Assembly: GCA_964016885.1 (NCBI GenBank)
Contig: OZ024761.1
Span: forward strand, 17,794,001 to 17,858,000
Source: Eledone cirrhosa
Lineage: Eukaryota
DNA: 64,000 nucleotides
Direction: 5' to 3'
Under the pieces are notes generated by a model. The model ran no database searches, was not told the DNA's origin, and saw only the letters and a list, made by a program, of their open reading frames with translations. Of this stretch, positions 49,910 to 62,276 are shown one piece after another. The first letter of the stretch is position 1. Every line of letters begins with the position of its first letter. Made by a program: the position numbers and the translations under genes.

Positions 49910-50280
49910 TCATATGATAGTCCACAGGTAATGAAATAAACACTATCATACATGATACTCCAGAGAGAATGAGGTATGCCTCCCCATAATTACACAAGAT
50001 ATTCTACAGACAGTGAGATAAGCTCATTGTATCACATGATGTTCCACACAGAGTGAGATAAGCCCACTATATCACTCACGATATTCTACAGAGAATAAGA
50101 TAAACCCCCTATATCAGACATGATATTCCACAGAGCGAAATAAGTCCCCTATATCACACATGATATTCCACAGAGAATGGATAAGTCTCCTCACTTCAAA
50201 AGATATTCTACAGATAGCCCCCTATATCACACACATGATATTCCACAGACAGTGGGATAAGTCTCCTGTATCACACAGTA
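49910..50280. repeat. Degenerate ~40-bp minisatellite
   Basis: CATGATATTCCACAGA..GATAAG..CCCTATATCACA units. Confidence 0.8.
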
Positions 50281-50524
50281 ATGAAAACAAAAAAAAGTCC
50301 GATATTAAAAGGGTAATGGGTAAAGCCCCGCTTCAGTTACAAATGAGCATGGAATTTGCATCTAGAAAGTTCCCCTCTGAAGTACAAGTTTGAGCAAGGT
50401 CGTTTGTGGAAGACCAGCAGTTTCCTGTGTATACCAGTCTCCCCTCTTCATGCCAATACGCCAATACAGCTTGACACCAGTGACATTGCAACTCATTTCT
50501 ACAGACTGATATCAAAAGACATAT

Positions 50525-50870
50525 GGAGGCACATGGCTTAGTGGTTAGAGCATTGGCCTTGCAATCAAAAGATTGTGAGTTCAATTCTCAGACCGGGTGA
50601 TGTGTTGTTTCCTTGAGCAAGACACTTTATTTCACATTGCTCCAGTTTACTCAGCTGTAGAAATGAGATGATAGGGACTGGGGTCCCTATCATTCCACTG
50701 CAAAGTTGTTGTGTAGGTGCCACAGCAAAAAAGCACCCAGCACTCACTGTAAATGAGGTTGGTGTTAGGAAGGGCATCCAGCTGTAGAAATCAAGCCAGA
50801 ATCAGTTCCCGTCCCACCCTTGCAAGCAGGGAAAAAGCGGACGTAAAATGAAATGATGATGATGATGATG
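50525..50870 (+). mobile_element. SINE family A, full length
   Basis: Near-identical to 7275-7613. Confidence 0.9.
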
Positions 50871-50880
50871 ATATATTTAC

Positions 50881-50994
50881 CCTGGGTGTTTGAAAGTTTC
50901 ATTTGTTGTTGTTCGATTTTGTTTTTTTCCAGAAGATTCTGACTGTGACGCAACTTTGGTGACAGAAGTACAAGACTGCGTGGTCACTTCCTTC
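50881..50994 (-). CDS. CEP192: Cep192 coding exon 2
   Basis: ttttag acceptor, GTAAAT donor, phase 2/2, open frame KEVTTQSC...KHP. Confidence 0.7.
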
Positions 50995-51929
50995 CTAAAA
51001 CAAACAATTATTAGAAATATTGTAAAACAATTATCAATGGCAGTGCCCCAGCATGGCCTCAGCCTGTTGGCTGGAACACGTAATAGAGTAATTGACCCGT
51101 ATCCTTGCTTTACCCATGGTAAATTTCTACGACCAGATACCTTTCCTGATGCCAACCCATACTTTTTGACATGCCAGCATGGGAAATGGACGTTAAACAG
51201 TGATGATGATGATGATGATGGTAGAGATTCACTGATTTAATGGGTATTTTGAAGGTAAAACATACACAAACACACAAAGAGACACATATATACACAAACA
51301 TGCATAAATATATACATATACATACACACAAACACATGCATATACACATACAAACACATATACATACACACAAAGACACACATATATACAGATCAAGATT
51401 GTGTAGGTGTCACAACAAAAAAACACACAGTCCACGCTGTAATGTGGTCATGTAGGTAACAAGGTAAAAAGTTCCCAGTCCACACTGTAAATGTGGTTGG
51501 TGTTAGGAAGGGCATCCAGCCGTAGAAAAGCTGCCAGATAATCCTATATGAGTGAGAACGGTCACCCAACCAACCTTGCCTCAAATTGGGACAACTCCCG
51601 TGTAACCCATGCTAGCGTGGAAGATGGACATTAAACGATAATGATGATGATGATGATGCATATATATATATACATACATACACACACACAAACACATGCA
51701 TATATATATACACATAGAAACATACATACACACAAACACATATACATACACAAATACACATACAAACACACATATACATACACAAACACACACATACATA
51801 CAAATGACAGGCTTTCACAGTTCCCATCTACCAAATTCACTCATAAGACTTACCCAATACTTGCTAGCTGGGAAGACAAACATTAAATGATGATGATGAT
51901 GATGATGATAGGGTAGAAAAAATACTTAC

Positions 51930-52045
51930 TTTGCAGTTGAAGTAGCAAGTGGAATCGGTGAATGACAGATGGTGTCATTGACAAATGAACCAGTTCGAAA
52001 TACTTCCTCTTTCACATTCGGTTGGAGGGGTACATTTCCAGCCAT
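51930..52045 (-). CDS. CEP192: Cep192 putative first coding exon (MAGNVPLQ...STA)
   Basis: ATG at 52045; GTAAGT donor in phase 2 matches the next exon; start codon uncertain. Confidence 0.6.
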
Positions 52046-53429
52046 GCTGACACCATCTTCAGAAGCAAGGAAATAAAACCAAATTTTTGTTAATAAAATT
52101 AAAATGTTCTGTCCCAACAAAACACACCGAAACATTATATATATATATACACTAAGTTATTCTGTCTCTACAATCAATCAATAAGTCACACTGCTTGCAC
52201 AAATTCCCTTGACTCTCTGTCACCATCCACTTCTATTCTTCATCATATTCGGCAGATCAGCGGGATTGCATTTTATGTTGTCACAAATCTGCTTCATATA
52301 TGTCTTGGCTTGTCATCCTCCGATAGCATTTCCTGGTGTAAGCTCCCTCAAAAAACTTCACTCACAATTTCATTGTATTGTGTGGGTGAGTGTGTGTTAT
52401 GTCAGCATCGGTTCCAGCGACAAGTGTTCAACAGAACAGCCTGCTCAGGAAAATTAACGTGTAAGTGTCTGAGCATTCCACTGAAATTCAGGGTGACACA
52501 GTATTTGACAAGGTTGGCCTAAATGGCCAACCTTTAATTACAGATAAAATATATTTTCCAGCTGAGTGGATTAGATCAGTGAAATAAAGTGTCTTATTCA
52601 AGGACATAACGCCAGGCTGGGAGTCAAACACAAGACATTGCGATCGTGAGCTGAACACCCTAACCATTATACCACGCACCTTCACACCTGTACTGTTACA
52701 TCTCTACAAATAAGACTGATTTAAGTCCATATATACTCTGAAGATGATTAGTTCTAAACCAGCTTGATACTATGTACGAAAGTCAGCTGACTATGATGGA
52801 GTGATGCTGGAGCTGTGAAATTTTGCATGCATTGATTTCAACTCTTCTTATTAATAACTGCATTGTTTCTTAACAGGGACTATGTTGAAAAATAAACCTC
52901 ATTTGGTCATTCCATGAGAGTATCTTCGTCAGTCTATGAATTTCTCATCCAACCATTGTACCATATTATACACACCACACCATGTACTACCCATACCTTA
53001 AAATCATCGACTCCACACAGTTATACACACCATATATACATCGTACACAATATACACACCATAATATTATATACACGGCACACAATATACATATCACACC
53101 ATGTATCATGGCCAGCCTATGAACTTTTCAGGCGACCATCGTACATATCCTGGAGATGATGATTGACGATCTACTTAACTAAGAAAATTGTGTACGATAT
53201 AGCGCGAATTTAGCTGCTATTTCTACCCAGGCAAATTAACACATAGTTCCTGGATGGGCAGTAGAAATGTATACTTTTCTACTTGAGGTATAGTGCATCT
53301 AAGATTACATTATCCTAAGTGTTCTTCCATGTATTTGAGACTGCTGTGCAAAATGTGATGGTGATTTAGCTACTGTTTCTAGCAAAGAGTGTGACTACAT
53401 ACATAACTACGTGATGTCAGATGAGAGTC

Positions 53430-53755
53430 ATCTTTGCCCACTTATTCTTGAGAGGGTCGTGGGGGCAGATTCTTCCAACGGGTCCTGTCAGAAGCAACCC
53501 TCTCCAACTAATCTGGCTGGATCCCCAAGCGTGACCAGCCAAGCTCATGGATGTTATCCAACCATCTTGCTCGGGGCCTACATAAGAGTCTCTTGTCGGT
53601 TGCTTTTGCCCGTAAAATCGGTCCAGCCATTCTTTCCTGAGACATTCTAACCACATTCCCATAGTATCGGAGCTGTGATCTCTCAATTCGGAGTAGTGGC
53701 TCTACCTGGAGTCACTCTCTGATCTCCGAGTTACGCATTTTAAAGACCCTTCGGA
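53430..53755 (-). mobile_element. 3' fragment of second RTE-like LINE family
   Basis: Similar to 4215-4570. Confidence 0.75.
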
Positions 53756-54179
53756 GGAATCCCAGTGTTTTTATCAAAGAAAAACTAAATCCATTTTGTT
53801 TGTTGCTTTTACAACTTTGCTATTGTAATGCAATCATTAAAAGCTACAGGTGGGATTTCGAGGAAGCAGTTTGATCAGCTTTTAAACGGAGCTTTTTAGA
53901 TATCATTAAGCGGAGGATATAAATTCGATAACATTAAGAGCATAATACCATTGTCTGGGATTATAAATATATATTGTTCAACCTATATTTGGGGATGTTT
54001 AGGTTGCCAGTGTTGCTAATAAAAAGAAACACACGCACCATATGATTTTCACATTATTAGCAATATTGGCGACATGACCATCCCCAAATAAAACAGTATT
54101 ATCGGTTTCAACACACGATTTCATATCAAGAGTCTTGCTGAACAAATACACACATATATGTTCGTATATATATATATAT

Positions 54180-54640
54180 ATGGTATACGTCAAGACGGGC
54201 GGTCTCAAAAGTGAAACTAATTTTTGACATGTGTGTATATATATGTGTGTGTGTATGTATATATATATATATATGTGTGTTTGTATATATATATATATGT
54301 GTTTGTGTCATCATCCTCGTTTAACGTCTATCTTCCACGCAAGCATGGGTTTAGACGTATATATATGTTTGTGTGTATATATGTTTGTGTATATATATAT
54401 ATATGTGTGTGTTTGTGTGTATATATATGTGTCTGTATATATATATATATGTGTATGTATATATATATTTATGCACACATACACATTTGTATGAATTTGT
54501 AGATGTATATATATATATGCATGTATACAATTGTATGGTGTTTTTTTTTTAAATAATGACATTTTGTGTGAAAGTAATCACTTACGTAACTGTCAAAAAT
54601 TAGTTTCACTTTTGAGACCGCCCGTCTTGACGTATGCCAT
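54180..54640. repeat. ~50-bp inverted repeats enclosing microsatellite and a LINE tail scrap (MITE-like or fold-back)
   Basis: TACGTCAAGACGGGCGGTCTCAAAAGTGAAACTAA... with its reverse complement at 54591-54634. Confidence 0.7.
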
Positions 54641-54652
54641 ATATATATATAT

Positions 54653-54698
<46 letters not shown>

Positions 54699-54823
54699 GT
54701 AGGAGGTGAGTTTTATTGTAGTACAATAAAGCAATGCAGATATCGGATAAGAAGCACTCTACAGTTTGTAGGACTGGAGTATACATAATATAAGATCAAA
54801 AGATGGTTAAAGGAGTTCCATGT

Positions 54824-54898
54824 ATTTTATTATGCGCATTTCAAAAACAAAAACAAACATCATCATGCAATAATATTTGTGTTTTCATCAGATAAAAC
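54824..54898 (-). ncRNA. Minimal type I hammerhead ribozyme motif (inverted copy)
   Basis: Exact reverse complement of 55019-55093. Confidence 0.8.
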
Positions 54899-55018
54899 AG
54901 GAGAACATGATATGAAGGCTAAAAAACACTTGTGGATAGTGCAGTTTTAAATCAACATATGTTGATTTAAAACTGCACTATCCACAAGTGTTTTTTAGCC
55001 TTCATATCATGTTCTCCT

Positions 55019-55093
55019 GTTTTATCTGATGAAAACACAAATATTATTGCATGATGATGTTTGTTTTTGTTTTTGAAATGCGCATAATAAAAT
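55019..55093 (+). ncRNA. Minimal type I hammerhead ribozyme motif
   Basis: GTTTTAT-CTGATGA-long stem II-GAAA-TGCGCA-TA-ATAAAAT; palindromic stem III. Confidence 0.8.
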
Positions 55094-55124
55094 ACATGGA
55101 ACTCCTTTAACCATCTTTTGATCT

Positions 55125-55159
<35 letters not shown>

Positions 55160-55164
<5 letters not shown>

Positions 55165-55426
55165 CAGAGGGACAGAGAGATAACATTTATTAGTTTTGTT
55201 GTTCTGGTATTTCACCTGCGTACTCACAGGATCATATACATATATATGTGAAGTCACGGGTTCAATCGGGGGCAAACACAGTAAGGTACTCAATACATTA
55301 GTAGAGTATATACAAAATTTAATATAGAAATGGCTTCTACGGGACTAGAACTGTTTCATTCGAAGGAAATCACCAAGAAAGTTGATGATTTCCTTCGAAT
55401 GAAACAGTTCTAGTCCTGTAGAAGAC

Positions 55427-55435
<9 letters not shown>
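55160..55435 (-). mobile_element. Fold-back element with hammerhead 3' half, between (TA)n tracts
   Basis: Inverted arms 55323-55435; GAAACAGTTCTAGTC on both strands; GTACTCAATAC motif near 55288. Confidence 0.55.
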
Positions 55436-55475
<40 letters not shown>

Positions 55476-55689
55476 GACACAGTATTTGCAGAACTTATAC
55501 ATACAATATAAAAACAACGGTAAATATTGTGAGAACGTGACAACGATATATAGACATATAAATATATAAATGAGGATAAAGAAACGTTGATATATACTTG
55601 ACCCAACCAATAAGTTATTTGGTTCACTATCCTGTCTGTTATTTTCAATAACGAGACTAATTAAGGTCCTAATTCATCCGACAAGGTTA

Positions 55690-55770
55690 AAACGTTTGAA
55701 AATTCCGCGCTTTAAAGAAACCGACAGCAGTTGCGAGTTTAATGGCAGCCAACGCTCTCATTGGTTGATA
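55690..55770 (-). promoter_or_regulatory. Candidate Cep192 cell-cycle promoter (CHR TTTGAA, E2F/CDE-like TTCCGCGC, CCAAT box)
   Basis: TTTGAA 55695-55700 beside TTCCGCGC 55703-55710, and ATTGG 55760-55764, in a locally CpG-containing unique patch upstream of the first coding exon. Confidence 0.5.
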
Positions 55771-56125
55771 TTGTTGGACGGTACTGACTCATTTACAGGC
55801 GTATAAATAAAAATGATGATGATAATGATATACATGTATACAAGTATACACGCACAAACTCTTATTTATATATTTATTTATATGTGAAAGCCACATTTGC
55901 AGAATGGCACATTTTTTTCAATGTCACGTTGACCAATGGTCTAATAATTTATCATATTGACCCTTGGAAAATGAAAGATAAAATTGACGCTGTCGTGATT
56001 TGAACCCAAAACGTAAAAATCTAGCATATGAAATGGCTTTCTGCTGAATATTCTAACAATTTAGCCTATACACTTAAAATAAATAAATAAATAAAAGGTA
56101 AAGATGGGGGTGAAACAAAAAGAGT

Positions 56126-56198
56126 AGGTTCCAGCGAGTTTCGAACTCACGACCTTCTGCGTGTTAAGCAGATGTGATAACCACTACACCATGGAACC
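56126..56198 (-). tRNA. tRNA-Val(AAC)
   Basis: 73-nt cloverleaf GGTTCCA...TGGAACC-T; anticodon arm TCTGC-TTAACAC-GCAGA; TTCGAA loop; upstream TATAAAAA and downstream T-run. Confidence 0.93.
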
Positions 56199-56724
56199 AG
56201 TTGATCATTAACGTTGAAAGTTACCTTTTTATACACGAAATAAATTTATAACGCGCTTAATAAAGAAAGATTGTTGTTTGTACTAATAACTGAAAGTGGT
56301 AAAAACTACAGTTTCGATTTCTACACCCATCGTATTTAATTGTGGCTAATCCTAATTTATACCCGGACCGAACAGACCTTACAGTCAAAAGTGTTCCATC
56401 CGTGACTATCCCGCCGTGTTTATTTATTCATTATTCATTATTTTCTTAGATAATGAATAAATAAACACAAAAGTAGAAACAATTATTTTCTTAGATAATG
56501 TTGGGGTTAGATTTAAAGGAAATTTGTGTAGAATGTGAGGAAAGCGGCGTATTTAAAATTAAACAACACTAATGGAGATTAAAAAAATTGACCTGCCTTT
56601 ATGAAATAACCGAAACGAATACAAGAATATTTCAAATTAGATGAATTCCACTGGAACTCTTACTATTCAAAGTGATCTACGCAGTTTCTGATTGAGTGAC
56701 GACGTTATGTGGTGTGTATGTGTG

Positions 56725-56756
<32 letters not shown>

Positions 56757-56900
56757 ACCAAAGATTAATATGGTTCATTGATTACTCAATGAATATAGTT
56801 TTACAATAGATTAAAAGCACTCTACAATAAAGTTTTCTGGAGTTATTAATATTATTCAAAATATTAATAAATGAAGACATTCACATAATCAAAATATATG

Positions 56901-56962
56901 TTTTATTATATATATTTCGAAGGTACTGGGCTGTTTTTTCAGTACGTCCTCGTCAGATAAAA
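56901..56962 (-). ncRNA. Minimal type I hammerhead ribozyme motif (inverted copy)
   Basis: Near-exact reverse complement of 57077-57139; differences confined to the stem II loop. Confidence 0.8.
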
Positions 56963-57076
56963 TACATGAATTGATCTATGACATACCTCAACGGTCTTGA
57001 TGGTTCAATTCTTGACTGCCAATACTGGAATTGAACCATCAAGACCGTTGAAATATGTCATACATCAATTCATGTA

Positions 57077-57139
57077 TTTTATCTGACGAGGACGTACTGC
57101 AAAAAACAGCACAGTACCTTCGAAATATATATAATAAAA
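57077..57139 (+). ncRNA. Minimal type I hammerhead ribozyme motif
   Basis: TTTTAT-CTGACGA-GGACGTACTG..CAGTACCTTC-GAAA-TATATA-TA-ATAAAA. Confidence 0.8.
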
Positions 57140-57183
57140 CATATATTTTGATTATGTGAATGTCTTCATTTATTAATATTTTG

Positions 57184-57235
<52 letters not shown>

Positions 57236-57736
57236 CAAAATATTAATAATTGTTTCTACTTTTGGCACAAGGCCAGCAATCATCCAGTGCATTACTGGTA
57301 CTTTATTTTATCGACCCGGTAAGAATGAAAGCCAAAGTTAACCTCGGCGGGATTTGAACTCAGAATGGCAAGGGCCGTAACTCTATGCGCCAAAGCATAG
57401 CATCCGACATTCTACCAATCTACCGCCCTCATTCAAAATACGTGTGTTGAAACCGATATTGTTATACTTTGGGAGGGTCATGTTGCCAATAAGAAACACA
57501 CGCACCAGATGTTTTCACTTCAATTTATTATAATAAATTTATAAATTTAGGAATTTATAAATTTCCGGTTGGTTGGTTGGTTCCACAACCAGATGGTTGT
57601 TTATATATTGTCAAAGTTCTTTCGTCACACATTCTGTGACCTCTTCAGTGACTGGGGATTCTTTTCTTTGTTTTTGTGCCTCTCTTTTGTTCTGTCCTAC
57701 GCCATCTTGTTTCACACAGAAAGTATCCCAAAGTAT

Positions 57737-57789
<53 letters not shown>

Positions 57790-58019
57790 ATCTGAGGTTT
57801 TCGAATATTAATAATAATATTTTACTCGTTTGCAATTATGCAAACAGCCTCTTTAAGCCATGTCAGTAGAATGACTCCACCATTCTTGCTCTTGTTTGCA
57901 TGTAAACAGAACTGCAGACACTAGTTTTTCTGGCTGATTAATATTCGAAAAACTCAAATTACATTAATTGTATTCAGCCATGTAGAGCGATAAACTATTT
58001 GTTAGTTTTATATAACAAG

Positions 58020-58304
58020 GTTGTTGTTGTTGTTGTTGTTGTTGTTGCTGTTGTTGTTGTTGTTGTTGTTGTTGTTCTTCTTCTTCTTCTTCTTCTTCTT
58101 CTTCTTCTTCTTCTTCTTCTTCTTCTTCTTCTTCTTTTTCTTTTTCTTCTTCTTTTTCTTCTTCTTCTTTTTCTTTTTCTTCTTCTTTTTCTTCTTTTTC
58201 TTTTTCTTTTTCTTTTTCTTTTTCTTCTTCTTCTTTTTCTTTTTCTTCTTTTTCTTCTTCTTCTTCTTCTTCTTCTTCTTCTTCTTCTTCTTCTTCTTCT
58301 TCTT
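58020..58304. repeat. (GTT)n-(CTT)n compound microsatellite
   Basis: Direct inspection. Confidence 0.97.
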
Positions 58305-58379
58305 CCCGAGGGGTCGTGGGGGAAGAGGCCTCAAATACTCCTTCCAGCGGCTCCTGTCAGAAGCAAACGTCTCTAATTG

Positions 58380-59672
58380 ATTCGACAAAGTCAACCTCGG
58401 CGGCATTTGAACTCAGATCGTAAAGGGACGTAACTATGCTGGAATTACCTGAAATAATTGTTTCTACTTTAGGCACAAGGCCAGCAATTTTCCAGTGCAT
58501 TACTGGTACTTTATTTTATCGACCCCGTAATAATGACTTCTAATTTAGGCACGAAGCCAACAATTCTTTTGGTGTGTGTGGCGGTGGGTTGGTGGGTGTT
58601 GGGCTGTATCGATCCTAGTATTTGGCTGGTACTTTATTTTATCGTTCCTTGAACGAAGAAAGGCAAAGTTGACCTCGACGGGATTTGAATTTAGAAAGTA
58701 AAGGGATGTAACTATATGCCGCAAAACATGTTGCCCGATGTTCTACCGATACTATCAATACACCGCCCTTACCTGAAATAGTTGTTTCTGATTCAGGCAC
58801 AAAGCCAACAATGTTTTGGTTTTTTTTTTGTGGGGGTGGGGGTAGATTAAATCAATGCCAGTGTATTACTGGTACTTTATTTTATCGACACCGTAAGGAT
58901 GAAATGCAAAGCTAACCTCGGCGGGATTTGAACTCAGAATATAAAGAGACGTAACTCTATGCCACGAAGCATGTTGTTCGATGCTCTACCAATACTGCCA
59001 ACCACCCACGATTTCTAATTTAGGCACAATGCCAACAATTCGTGGAAAGAGAAAGTCGATTATATCGTTTCAATGCATTACTGGTACTATATTTTATCGA
59101 CTCCTGTAGTTGAAAGACAATGGCTAACGTCGGGGGGATTTTAACTTCTTCTTTGCCCACTTATTCCTGGGAGGGTCGTGGAGGCAGAGTCATAAAACAC
59201 TCCTTCCAGCGCGTCCTGTCAGAGCAACCGTCTCCAACTGATCCGGTTGGATCCCCAAGCGTGACCATCCAAGCTCATGGATGTTATCCAACCATCTTGC
59301 TCGGAGTCTACCCCTGAGTTTCTTGTTGGTTGGTTTTGGCCGTAAAATCTGTCCGGCCATTCTTTCGTGAGGCATTCTAACCACATGCCCATTGTATGAG
59401 GAAATCAAAGGGATTTGAACTCAGAACGTAAATTGCGAGAACAAATGGTGCTAAGCACTTCTTCGGCTCTCAAATGACTCTGTCAATAATTGTTTCTACA
59501 TTTGGCACAAGGCCAGTAATTATCCCAGTGTATTACTGGTGCTTTATTTTATCGACCCCGTAAGGATGAAATGCAAAGTTAACCTCGGCGGGATTTGAAC
59601 GCAGACCATAAAGGGGTGTAACTCTTTGCTGCAAAGCATGGCGTCCGACCCTCTACCGATATTGCCAATTCA
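58380..59672 (-). mobile_element. Cluster of SINE family B copies
   Basis: About 6 co-oriented units; isolated copies also at ~10.2, 19.6, 22.4, 38.5, 46.8, 47.6, 57.3 and 63.9 kb. Confidence 0.8.
59145..59397 (-). mobile_element. 3' fragment of second RTE-like LINE family, nested in a SINE
   Basis: GHVVRMPHERMAGQIL...GRLRARWLDNI. Confidence 0.78.
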
Positions 59673-59801
59673 CTCTGTCAATAATAAACAATAATAACAA
59701 TAATGTCTGTTATTGCAGGGAAAAGGGAGAAGAGATAAAATAAATAAAGATCTAAAATCTAAAAAAAAAATTAAAAAAAAACTGCATCGGATGAATCCGA
59801 C

Positions 59802-59874
59802 AGGTTTCGACGAGGATCGAACTCGCGACATTCTGTGTGTGAAACAGACGTGATAACCACTACACCACGAAACC
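59802..59874 (-). tRNA. tRNA-Val(CAC)
   Basis: 73-nt cloverleaf; TCTGT-TTCACAC-ACAGA; intact A/B boxes; T-run terminator. Confidence 0.93.
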
Positions 59875-60341
59875 TGCAACTTTAAGAAGGGGATTATTAC
59901 CTATATAAAGGCAAAAAAGTATTCATTGCATTAACTTCTTTTTAAAGATTTGTTTGTTTGATGTTTTCAGGGGAATACGACCCGATAATAAGCGAAGAAA
60001 CGATATTTATTTGAAGATAATGTCGTATTTGGCCCCTAAACCATTAATTGGTTTGCATCAGGTCTATATGAACAGAACGGCATTGATAACAAAGGGGCGG
60101 TTGAATTTATAAACACTATAAACATCTTCATCGCCGTCTGCATAGAACAATTGAACCAGTGTATCAACAGTAACGCCATTACTTGCAGGTTTCCATGTAG
60201 AATTGTCAAAATTTATTCATACTTACAGTGCGTTATAATGATATGTATGTCTGTGATATATATATATGTGTGTATACATGATGACAACAATGATGGTAAT
60301 GACGCTAACGAGGACGACGATATAGATAGATAAATAGATAA

Positions 60342-60376
<35 letters not shown>

Positions 60377-60805
60377 TGTTGATGGACAGACAGATATAAA
60401 ATATTCGGAACACGGACTGTCGTGTCGAGAAACCTTTCCGTATTTCACCGTACGACATTGAAGGAAAATCGATAGAAATCACAAACAACCAGTTTTACAG
60501 CTTGCTATCGATGTAAACAAAGCACACCAGCTATAGAGTAGCATTATCGATACTGTTATATTGAAATGATCACCACACACACACACACACACACACACAC
60601 ATTTTCATTTTATTAAAGCTGAATAGTGAGTCTTGTTACTCTGGAGTTTCGCCTGTTTATTACAGGGTCATCATAAAACTCTACTTCGGTATTGAGTACT
60701 CCTTTCTCTCGCCCGTCAACCACATACGGATATATAAATATATATGTATATATACATATGTGTGTGTGTGTGTGTGTGTCTGTCTTTATTTCTCTCTCTC
60801 TCTCC

Positions 60806-60857
<52 letters not shown>

Positions 60858-61519
60858 ATTTATATATAATTTACATGTATATGTATATAATTATATATAT
60901 AATTATACATGTATATGTAATTATATATGTATAATTATATATATATATGTTTCTGTGTGCGTGTGCACACATATATAATAAAAGAAATCGTTATCGTTGC
61001 TGTTATAAATACATTCAATTATATAATGTATTTATATTATATTTTTTTAAATGTATTCCTGTAAACAAAACACATCAGCCATGGCGTAGCATCATCGATG
61101 TTGTAATTTTAAAATATTCAATGTTATTATTGTTGTTGTTGTAAATAAAAGCAACATTATATGATATACCTATATTATATTTTTAATATGTTATTTTTGT
61201 TTGTGCGCCAATGTTTACGTACGTGCGTAGAAAACGAAAGCGAAACTAGAAAGACATTCTTATCAAAACAACGTCTGTCAGAGAAAGAAAGAGAGAGGGA
61301 ATTAATGTGCAGCAGCGTAACCGAGAATGGTTTCCTGTATAGATACAGATGAAGCAATCAACTCTGTTGCAGCTCTGTGTGTGATGTAGTGATCTTCATT
61401 CGTTTCCTGGTTATATTAACTGTGGCAAACGAAGTAATGTAGTTTTAATTTAAGAAAGGAAAATTGTCGGCTGCACACACAAACAAAGAAAGACGGGGAA
61501 AATGAAAAAAGAATCCGAC

Positions 61520-61592
61520 AGGTTCCGACGAGGATCGAACTCGCGACAGTCTGTGTGTGAAACAGATGTGATAACCACTACACCACGGAACC
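61520..61592 (-). tRNA. tRNA-Val(CAC)
   Basis: 73-nt cloverleaf, CAC anticodon, T-run terminator. Confidence 0.93.
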
Positions 61593-62220
61593 CACACTCT
61601 TACATGGGTTGCATATAAGCATTTAAACCCAAACCTGGGATGTTATTTTAACCCTTTATTTAACCATTGGGTGGAATATAAGACGTATATAGTGATAAGG
61701 TCTCGTATTAAATGTTGTGAGTTGAAATACTTTGATCAACTGAAAACATCGAATTGATTGGGAGGGAAAAAACTCTATATAGACAAGGAGGGGAGGGTTG
61801 AAATTTTTAAAACGCAACAACCGAGGAGGATAACTCTAATAAGATCAGCTGGTGGTATTATTATTATAATTATGTATGTCATTATTTTTTTTTTTTGTCT
61901 TTTTGTTTTGTAAAATAGACAATGCAGATAGGGGGTGGATTCTTGTTTTAAAACTAATTGATGAAAGGAACAGACATGTTTCGATCTCATTGGACCTCCT
62001 TAGCGAAGTATATTTTAATCAGTTGGCAAGACTAAAAGTTAATAATGATAATAATATATATATACATATATACGCATATAATTAAATACATACATGCATA
62101 CATGTATGCATACATGCATACATACATGCACGCATGCATGCAAAATACATACATGCATACATGCATATATACATACATGCAAACATACATTCATACATAT
62201 ATACATACATATATGCATGC

Positions 62221-62276
<56 letters not shown>

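Larger units (their letters stand above)
1431..52045 (-). other. CEP192: Cep192/Spd-2-like centrosomal scaffold gene, 30 coding exons, 3' end runs off the left edge of the window
   Basis: Exon chain with consistent phases. Motifs LNFGQQSWGSSKSLPMRLANKSSAKLPLRLVI, IPLLGYGAKSDVRL, VYHGDEVARQ, FWVLNPGQLTL and FQLNWP are collinear with recalled vertebrate CEP192 ASH-repeat motifs (LDFGDLTYGGWKALPL, IPLSGYGG, GDEVSRQ, FELCWP). Confidence 0.88.
54785..55132. mobile_element. 348-bp perfect palindrome with hammerheads (Penelope-like pLTR derivative)
   Basis: No spacer, centre 54958/54959, abuts (TA)n. Confidence 0.7.
56854..57187. mobile_element. Palindromic hammerhead-bearing element (Penelope-like pLTR derivative)
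   Basis: ~155-bp inverted arms, short loop near 57020, abuts (TA)n. Confidence 0.7.

Noticed and set aside
57999-58406. Poly-K, poly-F and poly-L ORFs
   Set aside because: Microsatellite translation
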